Shown: positions 1 to 13,325 of the stretch, piece by piece
Layout: every line of letters starts with the position of its first letter
Numbering within the stretch: position 1 is the stretch's first letter
Source: Leptogorgia sarmentosa
Lineage: Eukaryota
Reading direction: 5' to 3'
Assembly: GCA_964658305.1 (NCBI GenBank)
Contig: OZ210885.1
Coordinates: 14,942,001-15,006,000, forward strand
Length of the DNA stretch: 64,000 nt
Translations under genes and position numbers: made by a program
Notes under the pieces: generated by a model
Told to the model about the DNA's origin: nothing
Seen by the model: only the letters and a program-made list of their open reading frames with translations
Database searches by the model: none

Positions 1-111
1 TCTTTATATCTATATAAGTCTATACGCTTTCTGTCAAAAAATGTACATATTCGCAAGGTTTCTCTTTTGATCCTATCCTGAGTTATATCACTCACCTGAA
101 GCTCTCGAAGA

Positions 112-500
112 TTGCTCCACAAGTGGACAAAAATCACTACTGATCCATTTATTCTGGATGCAGTAATGCACTGCCACATCGAGTTCGACAATGAGCCTGA
201 TCCGCAAATTAATTGTACCAGACCTGCAGACTCATTTTCGGCAATGGAGCAGCAAGTTATTGATAAGGAAATCCAAAAATTTCTGACGAAGGGAATTATA
301 CAGCCTTCTGTCGCCACTCCAGGAGATATTATCTCTCCAATTTTTGTCACCCCCAAAAAGGATGGGTTGTATCGCGTGATTTTTAATCTTAAACGGCTCA
401 ATGCCTCTGTGTCTTAACTATCATTTTAAAATGGACACTCTTCAAACGGCAGTACAACTTGTGACACCAGGCTGTTTTATGACATCCATTCCATCAAAAG
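112..500 (+). pseudogene. DIRS-like (tyrosine-recombinase retrotransposon) reverse transcriptase fragment
   Basis: W..IT.DPFILD..., EIQKFL.KG.I, SPIFVTPKKDG.YRVIFNLKRLN; after a frameshift HFKMDTLQTA..L...GCFM. This is the N-terminal RT pattern typical of DIRS1 elements. Confidence 0.75.
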
Positions 501-559
501 TATTTGAAATTTTATTGGTGAGACACTCTGTATGCTTTCATATGTGTGCCCATGAGATT

Positions 560-1164
560 ATCTAGCACAATCTATCTGTCTGATTAAAACATCTTCAACT
601 TCACTATCCGGTATATCAACAACACCCTTCCGACGTGCAAAAACCTTGCAAGATGGGTTTTGTCTTTGTCGACTGAATGTTCGTTCTGTCTTAAACCTGA
701 ATCCTTGTTGCATGTCGTGGTTGGTTGCACCTCATATCTGAATCGATTTACTTGGCGACACGACTCAGTACTCAACTTCATTGCTAATATTCTACAACCT
801 ATGGACTTGGACATGGATTTATGTTGACCTTCCCGGATTTCTCAACCCCTCAATTGTAGCTGGTGATGAATATCGGCCTGATTTGCTACTAACGACGAAA
901 GACAACTGTCTTTACATTCTTGAATTGACTGTCGGATATGAAACTAATCTTAGAAATAGCATTAAACGCAAAAAGGACAAATATTTAGATCTTAGTGAGG
1001 AACAAAAGAAACATTCTAAATCCGTTGAATTTATTAATCTTTCTATTAGTGCACTCTGGGGTTTTTGACAAAGAATCGTCTGCTTTCCTAAAAATGCCCA
1101 ATCGTCTTAATGTCAGTGAATCTCAAACTAAATATTGTATAAAGAAAATTATTAACATTCCTAT
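560..1164 (+). pseudogene. 3' fragment of an RLE-type non-LTR retrotransposon (HERO/NeSL-like zinc knuckle plus restriction-like endonuclease)
   Basis: CSFCLKPESLLHVVVGC..RFTWRHDSVL (CCHC-like and RHD motif), then RPDLLL...ILELTVGYE...KKDKY (PD-(D/E)xK RLE); frameshifted. Confidence 0.75.
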
Positions 1165-1295
1165 TATCCACTTGTCAATGTTAAGCCCCAGGGTGGGGGG
1201 GACGGGCAAACCCAGGGGGATTTGACTTTTTTGAGTGATAAATGATCAAATTCCCCACTCACAGGACATGTATAAGAGTCAAATAACCCCTGCCA
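1165..1295. repeat. Candidate DNA-transposon terminus with subterminal GGGGATTTGAC / GTCAAATTCCCC-type repeats
   Basis: The LINE frame stops abruptly at TATCCACTTGTCAATGTTAAGCCCC. A G-rich block and three inverted/direct copies of a ggggatttgac-like motif follow. No partner end found. Confidence 0.4.
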
Positions 1296-1742
1296 GGGGA
1301 GACAACAAAATCGTTTAAAACTTTATTTCAATACAAACATGAACAAAACATAAAAAAAACATGAACAAATGCCAAATATCTACAGATGTACCAGGAATCC
1401 TTGTACTGAAGGCTCTCATCACACAATCCCAATCATGTTGAATCATGGTTGGATCTAATCCTACTTCTGATGCATGTAATGTATGACTGTGGACTACTAC
1501 ATGCATCAGAAGTAGAATTTGGCAGATCATGTATTAGTGGGCTTTTACATATCTTTTATTACATGAGCTTTTACTGTAGGAAATGATAAAATTTATCTTA
1601 ATATGATTTTTGTACTAATACAGGTCCAATGCCAACTTAAACAGTGCATGCCATACATAAACCAAAATTTTGCATTTGAATATTTATATTCTGCAACCTG
1701 CAAATATCTGAGATTATTAAAACTGCCTTGATTATGCTTTAC

Positions 1743-3133
1743 TCATATTAAACTCTCAGCAATGCAAAGAGGGCACTTCCAGTCGATATCATCTGTCACT
1801 AATGTTGGGCTAACACATAGCTGGTGATGCCAGGTGGAGCAGTGGTCACATTGTATCCAGTTGATAACATCAGTCCCAACTTCATCATTAGTTGGTGGTT
1901 CAACACACAAGCAAGTGGAGCATGCAGATTGCAATTCTTTTTTCTTCCTACTGGATGTACCCTATACAGTAAATAGCATGTTAACTACAAGGTAAAACAA
2001 CTAAAATATATGTATCCTGTTACAAGTAGTCAAACATAAAGCATGTACATTTTTAAATAGAAACTGGTTGTTTTTTATGTACACCTATACTGTACTTTCT
2101 TACGAGTCTTCACAGCTTTTTGGGCTCCAATCTTCCGATTTTCTTTTATCGTTTTCAGGTGGTTAAACCAAATATTCACCTGTAGTTAAAAAAAAGTACA
2201 TTTATTTATCACCTGTAGTTCAAAACGAAAAAAGTGAAGGGATACGCACTTAGAGTGTAATGAAGTAATAGCCCATACAGTATTGTCAAACTCAAAGTAA
2301 TTTATTTTGCAAATGTGCCAGAAACTGAAAGTGATCATAATAGACATTTAGATGTTACATACTGTATATCACAAAAGTAAAGACTGAATGTCAAATAAGC
2401 ACCCTGTCAGGAGGTAATAGTGTCTTTTGTGATGCTTCCAATTGGTCAACATCACTACACTCCCCACGATCGAACATGATTTTCATAACTTCACTTGGGG
2501 GAGAAACCATCGTCAACTCCCTGTTCTCAAGATGCTTCTGGATTTGTTCAACTGGCTTCATGTAGTGACCATAACAGGGTGACCCAGTGCATTCTCTGCA
2601 ATTTGTATTATTATAAAACCTGCAAAAAATATATCAATTAAGGCATAGTAGGAATATTTAATTCGACTTGTAAGCTACAGACAATTTAGAATATATGTGT
2701 ATAAATTATATAGTTGTCCACAGCTTTTTGGATCAGGGACAGGTAGAGGCAAGAAGTTGACTGGTGGACCTCCTGCATACCAAGCATGTGGGTCATCGGG
2801 AGGTCCATTTTGACAAACTGGATGAATGCATTTTCTGTTATAACAGCACACCAAGTGGAATACATATTTGCTTGGCAATCCTTTGACCATGTGAGAGTTC
2901 CTTAAATTCCAAATTTTGTCAATGTACTGGAATTGTTCAGGATGGTTATTCTGTAAAGCCTTCTTTTCCTCTTCTTTTCCTTTGAGATAGATTCTTAGGT
3001 GTTGTCGAAGTTTCTGGTAGTCTGCACTGTCAGGACCTTTAAATAGAGTAATTTTGGCATCTCCACATTTGCATCCATCCACTCTACTGATATACACATC
3101 AATTGCATCGTTTAGATTTTGGGCAAGCTTCTC
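1743..3133 (-). pseudogene. 3' exons of a Zator/TP36-like transposase gene ending in a PHD finger
   Basis: Exons DAIDVYISRVDGC...CIHPVC...LPLPVPDP, then C..C...C.GHY...PPS, then VNIWFNHL...NRKIGAQKA, then PHD (CSTC...WIQCDHCSTWHHQLC...WKCPLC). AG acceptors near 2620, 2180 and 1960. Confidence 0.7.
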
Positions 3134-3136
3134 CTG

Positions 3137-6100
3137 TAGTCTGGTGGCAGATGTGCCAAAATAGAGATTTCGTTCAACCCACCGATTAGAATGGGTTCTG
3201 TCTGATGATGGATTCTGGTAGAACTCGATCTGCTGAATAACGCTAGGTAGTTAGTAGAGTCGAATTGTGGTATAGGTTTCGAGTTAAGGGGCGTTTTTAT
3301 CCATCCCGAGAACCACAGGACACCCAGGAAAAAATTTTTTTCTAAAAGTGATTCCTGTTTGCTCAAAATGCATCAGAACCACGCAATACTTAGTTCTATT
3401 ATGGTTTTCAACATTTTCTAGCGATTTCTATACTAACTCTCTGGTGTTAAGGTTTACAGAAGCTTCTGCGCATGTGACTAAGGAGTTGTATATATATTGT
3501 GACAAAAAAAAACGAATTATTTGTTAGGTTAGTGGACCGTATCAAAATGTATATATTTGGTTAAAACCTGAACATAACTTTCCAAATATTAGAAAGTTAT
3601 CAGGTTCCACTGATTTGCATGGAATCCAGGCTGTTTATTTAAGCCAGGGGAAGTCTGGGACCAAGTTGTGACAGCAAACATGGACAGCTGGTGGCTCATG
3701 AATAACCATTGGATCTCTTTAAGTACTGTAAGTACTGCTCTTTTAATAATATTATTTGCAACAAATGTCATGAAGAAAATAAAAGGGTTTGTGTAATCAA
3801 AATATAAAGAAATATAACAAAAACAATATAGAACACCAAATAATATGTAATCATCATATGTTCAATCCAACTGGAATGGGTGTTTAAGATGGTGTTTAAG
3901 ATACCTTACAGCAAGAAGAAGTTGTTTTGAAAATCGACGTACGTTTTTCATTTCATTTTTTCATGGTTTTTATACAACAGACATCTTTTCCAGTTGGATA
4001 TGATTACTTTTTGTCGAATATCATAAGAAACAAAAAACAACTGAAATACGCAAATAGAGACTTCTTTGAAGTTATTATTTTACTACATTGGTGTGTTTTT
4101 TCGAGCAGGAAGTGAAAAACCATGTACAGTGTTTGTCTACAGCTTCTTTTTGAGCATTTTAAACGGTGTTTTGCTTTTTCTAAAAGGGCAGCCGCCATAT
4201 TGGCCGCGCGAAAAAGGCCGACTCTTGTGTAATATGCCAGTCCTTCTGCGAATCTGAGCCTCTAAGAAAAGCCAAGCCTTCATCTGTTGGAAAGCTCATT
4301 TACTCCGCAAATGAAAGAAATGATGAAGAAGTACTAAACAGGGTTGGGGGTGAGGCAGAGAACAGGGAATGTTTTTGGCATTCGTTGTGTTATGCGTCCT
4401 ATACAAGTGCACAAAACATCCGATATGCTATTGCCCGCAACAGCGAAATAAGATCCAACATCAACACGAAATGTAGCGATTGTTCCGAGGAAGCCACTGG
4501 AAATGACGGGGTGTCTCGTCGTTCGGCAACCCCTGTTATAGATTGGTCTAAATGTACGTTTTGTAAAAACAAAACATACAAGAAATGCAGCCAACTAATA
4601 AATATTACCACATTTGAGGCATCTGGGAATATAATGAAGGCTGCCGAGAGAAGAAATGATCTGTCAATGTTGCACATCCTGAGAAGCGTGAGGAGTGACT
4701 TGATTGCTGCCGAGGCCAAGTACCACAAGAGCTGTTATTCAATTTATATTTTGAAAAAGGATACACCAAGCTCAGGCAACGTAGAATCGGCATACGATAT
4801 CTCATTCCAGGAAATTGCAAGTGAGATAACTGTTGGTATACGGGAAGGAAAGGCGTATGAGATGACGTCCCTCATAGCAAGGTACCATGAAATTCTGAAA
4901 AGCAAAGGCGTCGAGACAGAAACCTACACGAAGCAACGCCTGAAAGCTCGTTTGCAAAAGCATTTTGGAGACAATGTTGTATTCCATCAACCGTCAGTTC
5001 GAACTAAATCCGAGTTACTTTGTGGAAGCACCTTAATGGTGAAGGATATTTTGAAGGCGTGGACTGATCTGGAGAAGAAAGATCAGGGAATAGAAAGTGA
5101 GATCTTCCGAGTGGCGAATTACATCAGACAAGAGATATCACAAGTAAACGGAATTACAACAAAGCCACTCAACGTTGCTGATGTCAGCCTGGATACTGTC
5201 CAGCAACTAATTCCTGAATCGCTGCACTTGCTTCTCCGACTCTTGTTGACGGACGACATTACCAAGTTAACCCAGATCAACGAAAGGGGTACGGTATGCA
5301 AAAAACCCAATGAGGAATATAAAGTTCTAAGTATTGCTCAAGATGTCATCTATTGCTGCAGGAAAAGTCGAGTGAAGTTACCAAAACATGTTAGCCTTGC
5401 GATGAGCGTCAACCACCTTACGTCCTCTAAAGCGCTGATATTACTCCTCAACCGAATGTCACTCCTGTTCCTACGACGACGTCCGCGAGATAGATACCAG
5501 TCTTGCTACCGACTTACTTGCTAAGGCTAAAGAGTATGGTACAGTGGTACCTTCGAATATACTACCAGGGCCATTTGTCCAGATAGCAGCTGATTATAAT
5601 GATATCAATGAAGAAACGCTGGATGGAAAAAACACCACTCATGCAACCACAATGGTCATTTATCAGAAGAAACCTTTCGGTCCTCAGGAGCCCCCCCAGT
5701 CTCTGGTACAGCATGATAAAAGACGATGATCATTGCAGAGCAGAGAGAGTATCATTCGCATTCAGGACTGTTCTGTTCAAGGACGCAGGCCTGTCGTTAG
5801 TGAACTTGTCGGTCATGTAGACAAGAAATGGTTTAGTGAGGAAAGTGAGGAATTAACGTCTGGTACCCAAAGTGACGTAACTTGGAAGATTTTGAGGCTA
5901 AATGAGAGAAGCCTGGCACAGCTCCAAGTACTCGACGCCGCTGAGAATCAGACAACCCCGAGCTGGAGTGCATTCAATGCTCTTCTTTATCCCGATATTC
6001 CACGCGTTGACAATATAGGTTATTGTCCACTGATAGAAGGGTCATCGACAGAATACAGCACAATCTACACAGTTCTAAAGCACGCTCAAGCAATAAGCGC

Positions 6101-9100
6101 CATTGTTGGTCAGGAGGATACAGTTATCACATTTGACCTAGCAATTTACATGAAAGCGAAGCAGCTTCAATGGAAACTTCCTGATGAATTTGTTGACATT
6201 GTCATTCGCATAGGAGGATTCCATATTGCATTGAACTTTCTCGCAGTTATCGGCAAGAAGTACGCAAGTTCTGGTTTGGATGATCTGTTTGTTGAGTCTG
6301 GTGTCTACGGACCAGGAGCAACCACAGCGTTGATGAAGGGCAAATCCTATAATCGAGGCATTAGAGCACATAAGCTGTCAACAGAAGCGTTTTTCCGGCT
6401 AATTTGGAATGGGTTTTTACATTGGTATGAGGATAACTACAACGGGGAAGTTAATCTAGAAGAGAGTGATGTCCTGCAGAAGATCAAGGAAAGTGTTGAC
6501 GTAGTTGCGAAGAGAGGTGAAGTAAGCAAGTGCATACAAGGTCTAAAAGCAGAACTCGTGGATGTCATGGAACTTTTTGAAGTTTTCAAGTCGATTCGTT
6601 GAGCCAACTCAAAGAAATTTGCCTTCTGGGAGGAATACATGTCTATGGTGAATATTTTACTCCAGTTCATCAAAGCGGAGAGAACGGCTGATTGGCAACT
6701 ACACCTCACGACAGTAGCGGCTATGCTTCCTCACTTCTTTGCTATGGATCGTCCTAACTACTCCCGATGGCTGCCCATTTACCTGGCTGATATGAACAGT
6801 CTAGAAACAGCACATCCACATGTTCATGAAGAATTCCTTTCTGGAGGTCACGCAGTTAGCCGATCGACTCACCCGTTTGCTCAGGTTTGGACAGATATGG
6901 CCTTAGAACAATCTATTAATGCCGACTCAAAATCCAAAGGAGGTATCATTGGAATATCCCAGAATCCCGCAGCCTTGAATCGGTGGTTTCTAACAGCCCA
7001 TGAACCTGCTAGTATTACGGCGGCATTGAAGAAGATGTATGGCCTAGAGTTCAGTCCCGAGAAGGCTCACAAGGAGGCAGGAACCAAAAGAGTAAAGCGA
7101 GATGAGGATGACGTGCAAAAGCTCTTGGCGTGTTTTTCAAGTGGCTTGATGGAGGATCCATTCTCTCAAGACTCATCAGACGATCTCCTCAACTTTGCAA
7201 CAGGCGTGGTCCTACCCACAGATTTAACCGATGCACTCGTCAATTGCACGGAGAAAGGCAGAGAGCAAATGTCATCTTTTATCGAGAAACGAATGAAATG
7301 CAATGATATTAGTTTTTGGGACTCTATTGACAAGTTGAAAGTGAAGACCTTTGTGTCAACTGCAAGGACGGTTCGTCTTAAAGCGGCAGACGAGAAGTTC
7401 ATGACCGTGAAGGCTGACCGAGATTTGTTTGGAAGATTACTTATCGTGGCAGGTGCTAGAGAAGTCAACCTGAGAGAGGTTCTATCTTATGAATTGTCTC
7501 CTATTCCCTGTTCATTGGCTCATCAAGACGGAAGTTTGAGGAAAGCGGTAAAGAGCGTTATGGCATCTCTACTGGAAGATGGTATCGATACCCCACCGCG
7601 ACTTCCAACGACACCACGAAGCATCGTTTTCATAATAAATGGAATGGCTGTCATCCAGATGCACAAGTCTGCTGGTGCGACAACATTTGGAGAGTTAGCT
7701 TCGAAGTATTTTGCCATTGCAACATCACATCTTGCCAGCGCCAATTGCTCAGTGGTCCATCTTGTTTTTGATCAGTATTGGCCAGCATCGATTAAAGCAA
7801 AAGAACGGTCAAGAAGGGGATCTTCCGAAGCACATGAAGTCAAGATAGTCAGCGCTAATACACCAGTACCAAAGCAGTGGGCAAAATTCATCCTGAATCC
7901 CAAGAACAAGGTCAACCTATGTGACTTTTTAACCACATCATTTTGCGAGCTCGGACGAGAAATGCTCCAGGAAGGAAAGAAGTTGGTCATCGCCGGAGGA
8001 CTCAAGGATGGCGAAATAACAGTGAGTATCACACGTGAAAGTCCAGCAGAACAGATCGACGAACTCAGATCCAATCACGAGGAGGCTGATACAAGAATGA
8101 TTCTACACGCTGCATACGCTATGCGACAGTCGCCTTCTTCTTCGATTGTCATACAGACACCAGACACCGATGTTCTTATTCTATCAATAACTCATTACAC
8201 TGCCATCGGGTGCCAAGAGTTATGGTTACGCACGGGAACACAGGATCGGCACAGAAACATTCCAGTACATGCAATCCACCAAAACCTCGGTGAGAAAATG
8301 TCGCTAGCTTTACCAGCAATTCACGCCATAACAGGCTGTGATACCACAAGCAGCATCGCAGGTATCGGGAAGCGCAAGCCATGGAAAGTCGTAAGAAGTA
8401 GTACTGAACATCAGACAACACTTACTCTGTTTGGACAAGAAACGGGGTTAGATGACGTGATGGCAAGCAAGACTGAAGCTTTCGTTTGTAGCTTGTATCC
8501 CACAACTAAGCGAAGCACCGACAACAGTGATGAGCTGAGGTACCTGTTGTTTTGCCAGAAGCAGAAACGAAAAAATGAAGCGCTACCACCGACGTCAGAT
8601 AGCTTGAAACAACACCTTAAACGAGCATGCTACCAGACATGTATTTGGAGAAGAGCGCTGGAGGCCATGCAGGATTTGGGGAATCCAGCAGACCATGGAT
8701 GGGAGATGAGAGACGGTGGTTTGCAGGCTGTGTTCATGACCAAGGACCCCGCACCCAGTAGCCTTGTTGAGCTTACTACATGTGGTTGCAAGAAATGTGG
8801 TTGCAAGAAATCTAATTGCAAGGGAAACTGTTCTTGCACAAATACTGGCCTCTCCTGCACCGAGGCATGCTCATGCATGGCAGACGAGTCCTGTAGGAAT
8901 CCCCACACGTTGCAATACTTGAGTGGCGAGACCGACGACGAGGATGATGACAGAGAAAGTGACGAAGACTGAAGTCTTACAAGAAGTGATAAATTATGTC
9001 ATTGCTTTAATCGAGCTCGTACAAGAGAACATACATTAGGATGTACTATAAGTTTATCTAAATTAAATTACATACAATATGTTATTGATATTAGTAGAGT

Positions 9101-9506
9101 ACAAAGATGACCAATGTCAAATGTTAAAAACGTTTTCAATATTAATATTACATGCAACACGTATCAAATACTTGCTACACTGCATATATGCGCAGAAGCT
9201 TCTGTAAACCTTAACACCAGAGAGTTAGTTCTATTATGGTTTTCAACATTTTCTAGCGATTTCTATACTAAGTATTGCGTGGTTCTGATGCATTTTGAGC
9301 AAACAGGAATCACTTTTAGAAAAAAATATTTTCTTGGGTGCCCTGTGGTTCTCAGGATGGATAAAAACACCCCTTAACTCGAAACCTATACCACAATTCG
9401 ACTCTACTAACTACCTAGCGTTATTCAGCAGATCAAGTTCTACCAGAATCCATCAGACCTTTTCTAATCGGTGGGTTGAACGAAATCTCAAATTGCCACC
9501 AGACTA
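3137..9506 (+). mobile_element. AcademX DNA transposon (full length, decayed)
   Basis: Termini TAGTCTGGTGGCA...TGCCACCAGACTA; ~330-bp TIRs (3137-~3473 and ~9188-9506); 3-bp TSD CTG (3134-3136 and 9507-9509). Confidence 0.92.
4385..8972 (+). pseudogene. AcademX transposase with XPG-like nuclease and Cys-rich C-terminus (frameshifts and stops)
   Basis: DLIAAEAKYHKSCY; D.NDINEETLDG..TTHAT; TFDLAIYMKA; IGGFH; NYSRWL; DMALEQSIN; NHEEADTR, DTDV, GCDT..GIGK (XPG-like); LPPT...HL.RA.YQ; CGCKK..C.C terminal cluster. Confidence 0.9.
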
Positions 9507-12452
9507 CTGGTTTAGTTTGCCATTCTCAATACAATAACCATTCAAGGTAGATGGGATGAATAAATTTGAGTGGCCTTGCGCCAAACACCCATTTTGCAAT
9601 TCTACCCTGTTTTTGTTGCTCGACCCTGCATCACGTGTTGTAATCAGGTGAACAATTGTTCCCTTCTCCAAATGACATCTTGTCCAGAAGAATTGAACCT
9701 CAATATGTGCAGGTCCCTCGTCGTTTCCGCCATCTACACGTACACATTCTATTCTCTTTTTTTTCGTTGGTTTTAGGATTTTTGAAGACAGGTTCCAACT
9801 CTTCTCTACATTCTAAGGACTCCAGATCACAGGCATGTTGTGCAGGATTTTTAGGGTGCACAGGAGCAGCTTTGACGATCCCTGCACAAACCTCTGTAGT
9901 TCTGTTTGTCTCTGTAAAGTTATAACTGGACGTTTGAAGAACTGATGGATACTTTGTAACAAAATCAGTCTTGGTTGTCAATGGAACATTATCATTAAAA
10001 CATAACATTGCATGTTTGTTATGAGTCACAAGGGTATCCAGCCGAAACCCAGCCTGATCGTCCCTGTTTAAAATCACTTTGTCTGTCCCATCCATGTATT
10101 GAATGTAATCCAATCCACGATAAAAGGCAGAAGACCAATGCTCGTCAGGGTTATACCTTGTGGTGAATCCTTTTCGTGTTCATACCCTAGCCAATCCTCT
10201 GTAGTTTTTAGCTGATCTTCTTCTTTTGTTCCTTGCAACTCCAAGCTGTACAACTGTTCCATAGCTGAACTTTGTCTTGTATGTTTGTTCCAGATGTTCT
10301 TTTATACTACGATGTCACCTTTTTCTTTAGTTTTCTATTTCCATCGAAAGTCAGAACACCCGTTCTCCTCATCGCGTCAGCCCCAACTTCATTGTTTCGT
10401 ACATAATTTTCGATAGTTTTACCAATGTCGGGAAATTGCCTAACGATCCTGCCAACCCGCTTGCTTCGCTTCCTCCTCAACAACCTGGATTCAGCTATTG
10501 CTTTGGCAGCCTTTCTCCTTGCTTTTAGACGCACTGACTTAATTCTTTTCTCTAAAATGGATCTGGCCTCTTGTTGTAAAGGATCGGTAATTTTTTTCCA
10601 TAAGCCTGGGTTGTCTTCTGCATCAGATTCACTTTGAATATCGCTATCCCTCTCATCCAAGCCATCTATAAAAGTGCTCAATTCTGTGGGATTTGGTTTT
10701 GCAACATACGACTGGCAAATGCCCTCATCACTACCAGTACTTGAAATAACATCTTCTTGTGGGAATGACACAGGATACTCATTGTCTGAACAGCTTTCTT
10801 CAGAGTCATCTTCTTGGTCACTATTTTCACTTTCTGAAAAACTAATGCCGCAGGAACGAAGAACCGCCTGTTCTTTGATGTGCGAAATACGCTCCACTGA
10901 TTCACGTATTTCCTTTGCCTGTCTCAATGCTTCTTCTACGTTTTGCATGCGGCTGTTTATATCTTCGAATCCATAAGTATCCCTTAGTTTAGTAGTTGAT
11001 AATCCAGTTGACTGACAAATAGCATATGTTACTCTTTGACGTTCGGCATCAGATTCTGCAAGCTGTAATAATTCTTTCACAGTATCTTTTGGCAAGGTAA
11101 CGTTTTGTACATGAGAATGTACTTGGTTTAGGATGCTCCTGATCATGGTATAATTGGCATTTTTGTCTACCAAGTAAACAACAACACCCCCCTCTCTGGG
11201 TGCTTGTATCTTAATTGCTGCCAAAGGCATCTGCAAAAGTCTCCGCTTTGCTTGCGTACTGCTGTATGGCTTTCCAGGATCACAGATAGCAGCTGCCTTG
11301 TTAAGCCTCATGTAACCTTCATTTCTAATTTCATTTCCAACCTTTAGCAATGGGTGGCACCTCTTGCATGGCTGGCAATGTTCATAACAACATAAATGGT
11401 GTACCACTTTTAAATAATCGTCCAAGCTAAGTCCTTCAAAAACCGATAAGTCCAAGCTGTCACTAACTTTTCTATACTGGTACAATTGTTTCTGTTTCTT
11501 AAAAATGTTAATTTTTTCATCTAGCCTTCCTATTCCAGAAGGCCAGCTTGCACTAAAAAATCTTCACTATCAGCCTCATCATTTTTTCTCCATACATTTG
11601 TGGATTCTTCTACTTGGCAGGTGGCTTGACTTCCATCTGTTGCTTCTCCATCTTCAGATTCTTTCTGGGAACATGGGTCATTTTCTTCAGGGCTAATGGC
11701 TTTTTGCTCAGCACTAAAACTGCCAACAGGTGCTGTTTGTCTCGTTTCACTCTCATCAGATTTCTTCTGGGAAGATGAGCCATCATCAGAGGTAATGATT
11801 ACTTCATCTGTGGTAGAGGAACCAACACTTGCTTCTACATTGGGCTTATTAAACAAAGCTGTCAGGGTTAAACATCTGCTGCTTCCCTTTTTTGCAACAG
11901 CTGGAACAATTTTTGCTGTAGAGGAGCTACCGCATTTATTCTCTTTTCTCTTCATGTTACCCTTCTTCTTACAATACCACTCAGACTGTGTTGCCTTCTT
12001 TTGATAGATTTTTACTTCTTGTTTGGCCTCATAGATCTCTTTCTGAGTTGACACACTTCTCCACTAAGCCTGTCACACAACTCCCAATTTTTAACATTTC
12101 TGGCTTTGTCGATTTGATTTTGCTTGTATCGAATTTGGTCTTCCTTGGAAGAAATGTCACTCTGCAGTTTTTGTATGTATTCTGCTCGATCATCTGTAGT
12201 TGTTTTCACTCTCTTGGGAGGTACTGCTTCATCGGTTAGACCCTGGGCCCTTGAGCTTCCTTTAGCAAAATCGTAACCACTCTCTCTAACCTTTTTCCTA
12301 GCTTCTTCGAAAAGCTTGTTTCTCTGGAATACCAACGAAGGATTTTCTTCACACAGCTTTATGGATGCCTCGTTAACAGCCTTTTGATATTTGGTTAAAG
12401 TTCCTTTGATACCTTTGGTGAAAATTTTTGCCTTTTCTTCCAACTCTTTCAA
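9507..12452 (-). pseudogene. 5' part of a divergent Zator/TP36-like DDE transposase (frameshifted)
   Basis: Manual translation gives NRDDQAGF...VRVDGGNDEGPAH...TTRDAGSSNKNRVELQNG, with 43 residues between the second D and the E. It rejoins 3133 in frame when the Academ and one TSD are removed. Confidence 0.7.
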
Positions 12453-13325
12453 AGGAGCAGGTGGCTCTTGTAATTCCTAGATTAACACAAAAATACATGC
12501 AAGTTGTAATTTTTTGCATACTATTTGGGACACATTTGACATACAGTGGCACCAGCAAGACCCTCCAATGCTTCCCAGATTGTGTTCATATAAGAAACAG
12601 TTATTTCTGATGTAAGTTTTTCCTTAGTAGAACTATACAATGTTAAATAAGTGGGTGTGTCATATTTGGTGGTTGTATTTAATTACAGCATATCCAACAA
12701 AGATAAATCATATAATTATACAGCTGTAACCAAAAATGTTTACTAGAAAATTTAAATTATTATTTTAAAAGAGTATGATTATAATGGAAATATTTAAAAC
12801 CATTATTTGTCCAGCTTAGTTCTTATTGTTGGTATTGTAACAACACTGCAACATCTTGCATATTTTAGAGGCACATGTACATGTACTCAACACAAATGTT
12901 ATCCTGGAAAAAATGTAAGAGCCTTTGCTATGGCATTGCAACTATGCAACTATGTCTAGGTATTTTGGACAAAACTTTACAATTATTTCCTGCTATTTAA
13001 TTGTCCATTGTTGGTACCACCAAATGTCTGGACCTGTATGGTGGCCGAGAAGCGCCATAGCAAAATTTCACTTTTTTATTTTATTTTGTAACATAAATTT
13101 AACTCAGAATTAAAGTTTTAACAAAATAAAATAAAATTAAAGCGAAAATAAAATAAAACAATAATAAAATCAAAGTAATATAAAATGATTTTAAAATTCA
13201 ACTAAAATTAAATGAAAATGAAACGCATGTATGGCCGAGAAGTGCCATAGCCCGCGATACTATGCGGTCTAAACGCATGCAATGCCTTGTACTTCGTGTA
13301 AACACCCAATTTTCTGACTACCAAT

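Noticed and set aside
1743..1934. Host PHD/ING-like chromatin gene
   Set aside because: Upstream exons link it to the DDE transposase-like gene.
3112..3366. Paired ORFs MSKQESLLEK... (also 9295-9537)
   Set aside because: Chance ORFs within the Academ TIRs.
7500..8700. Host XPG/FEN1 nuclease gene
   Set aside because: Standard AcademX domain within TIRs.
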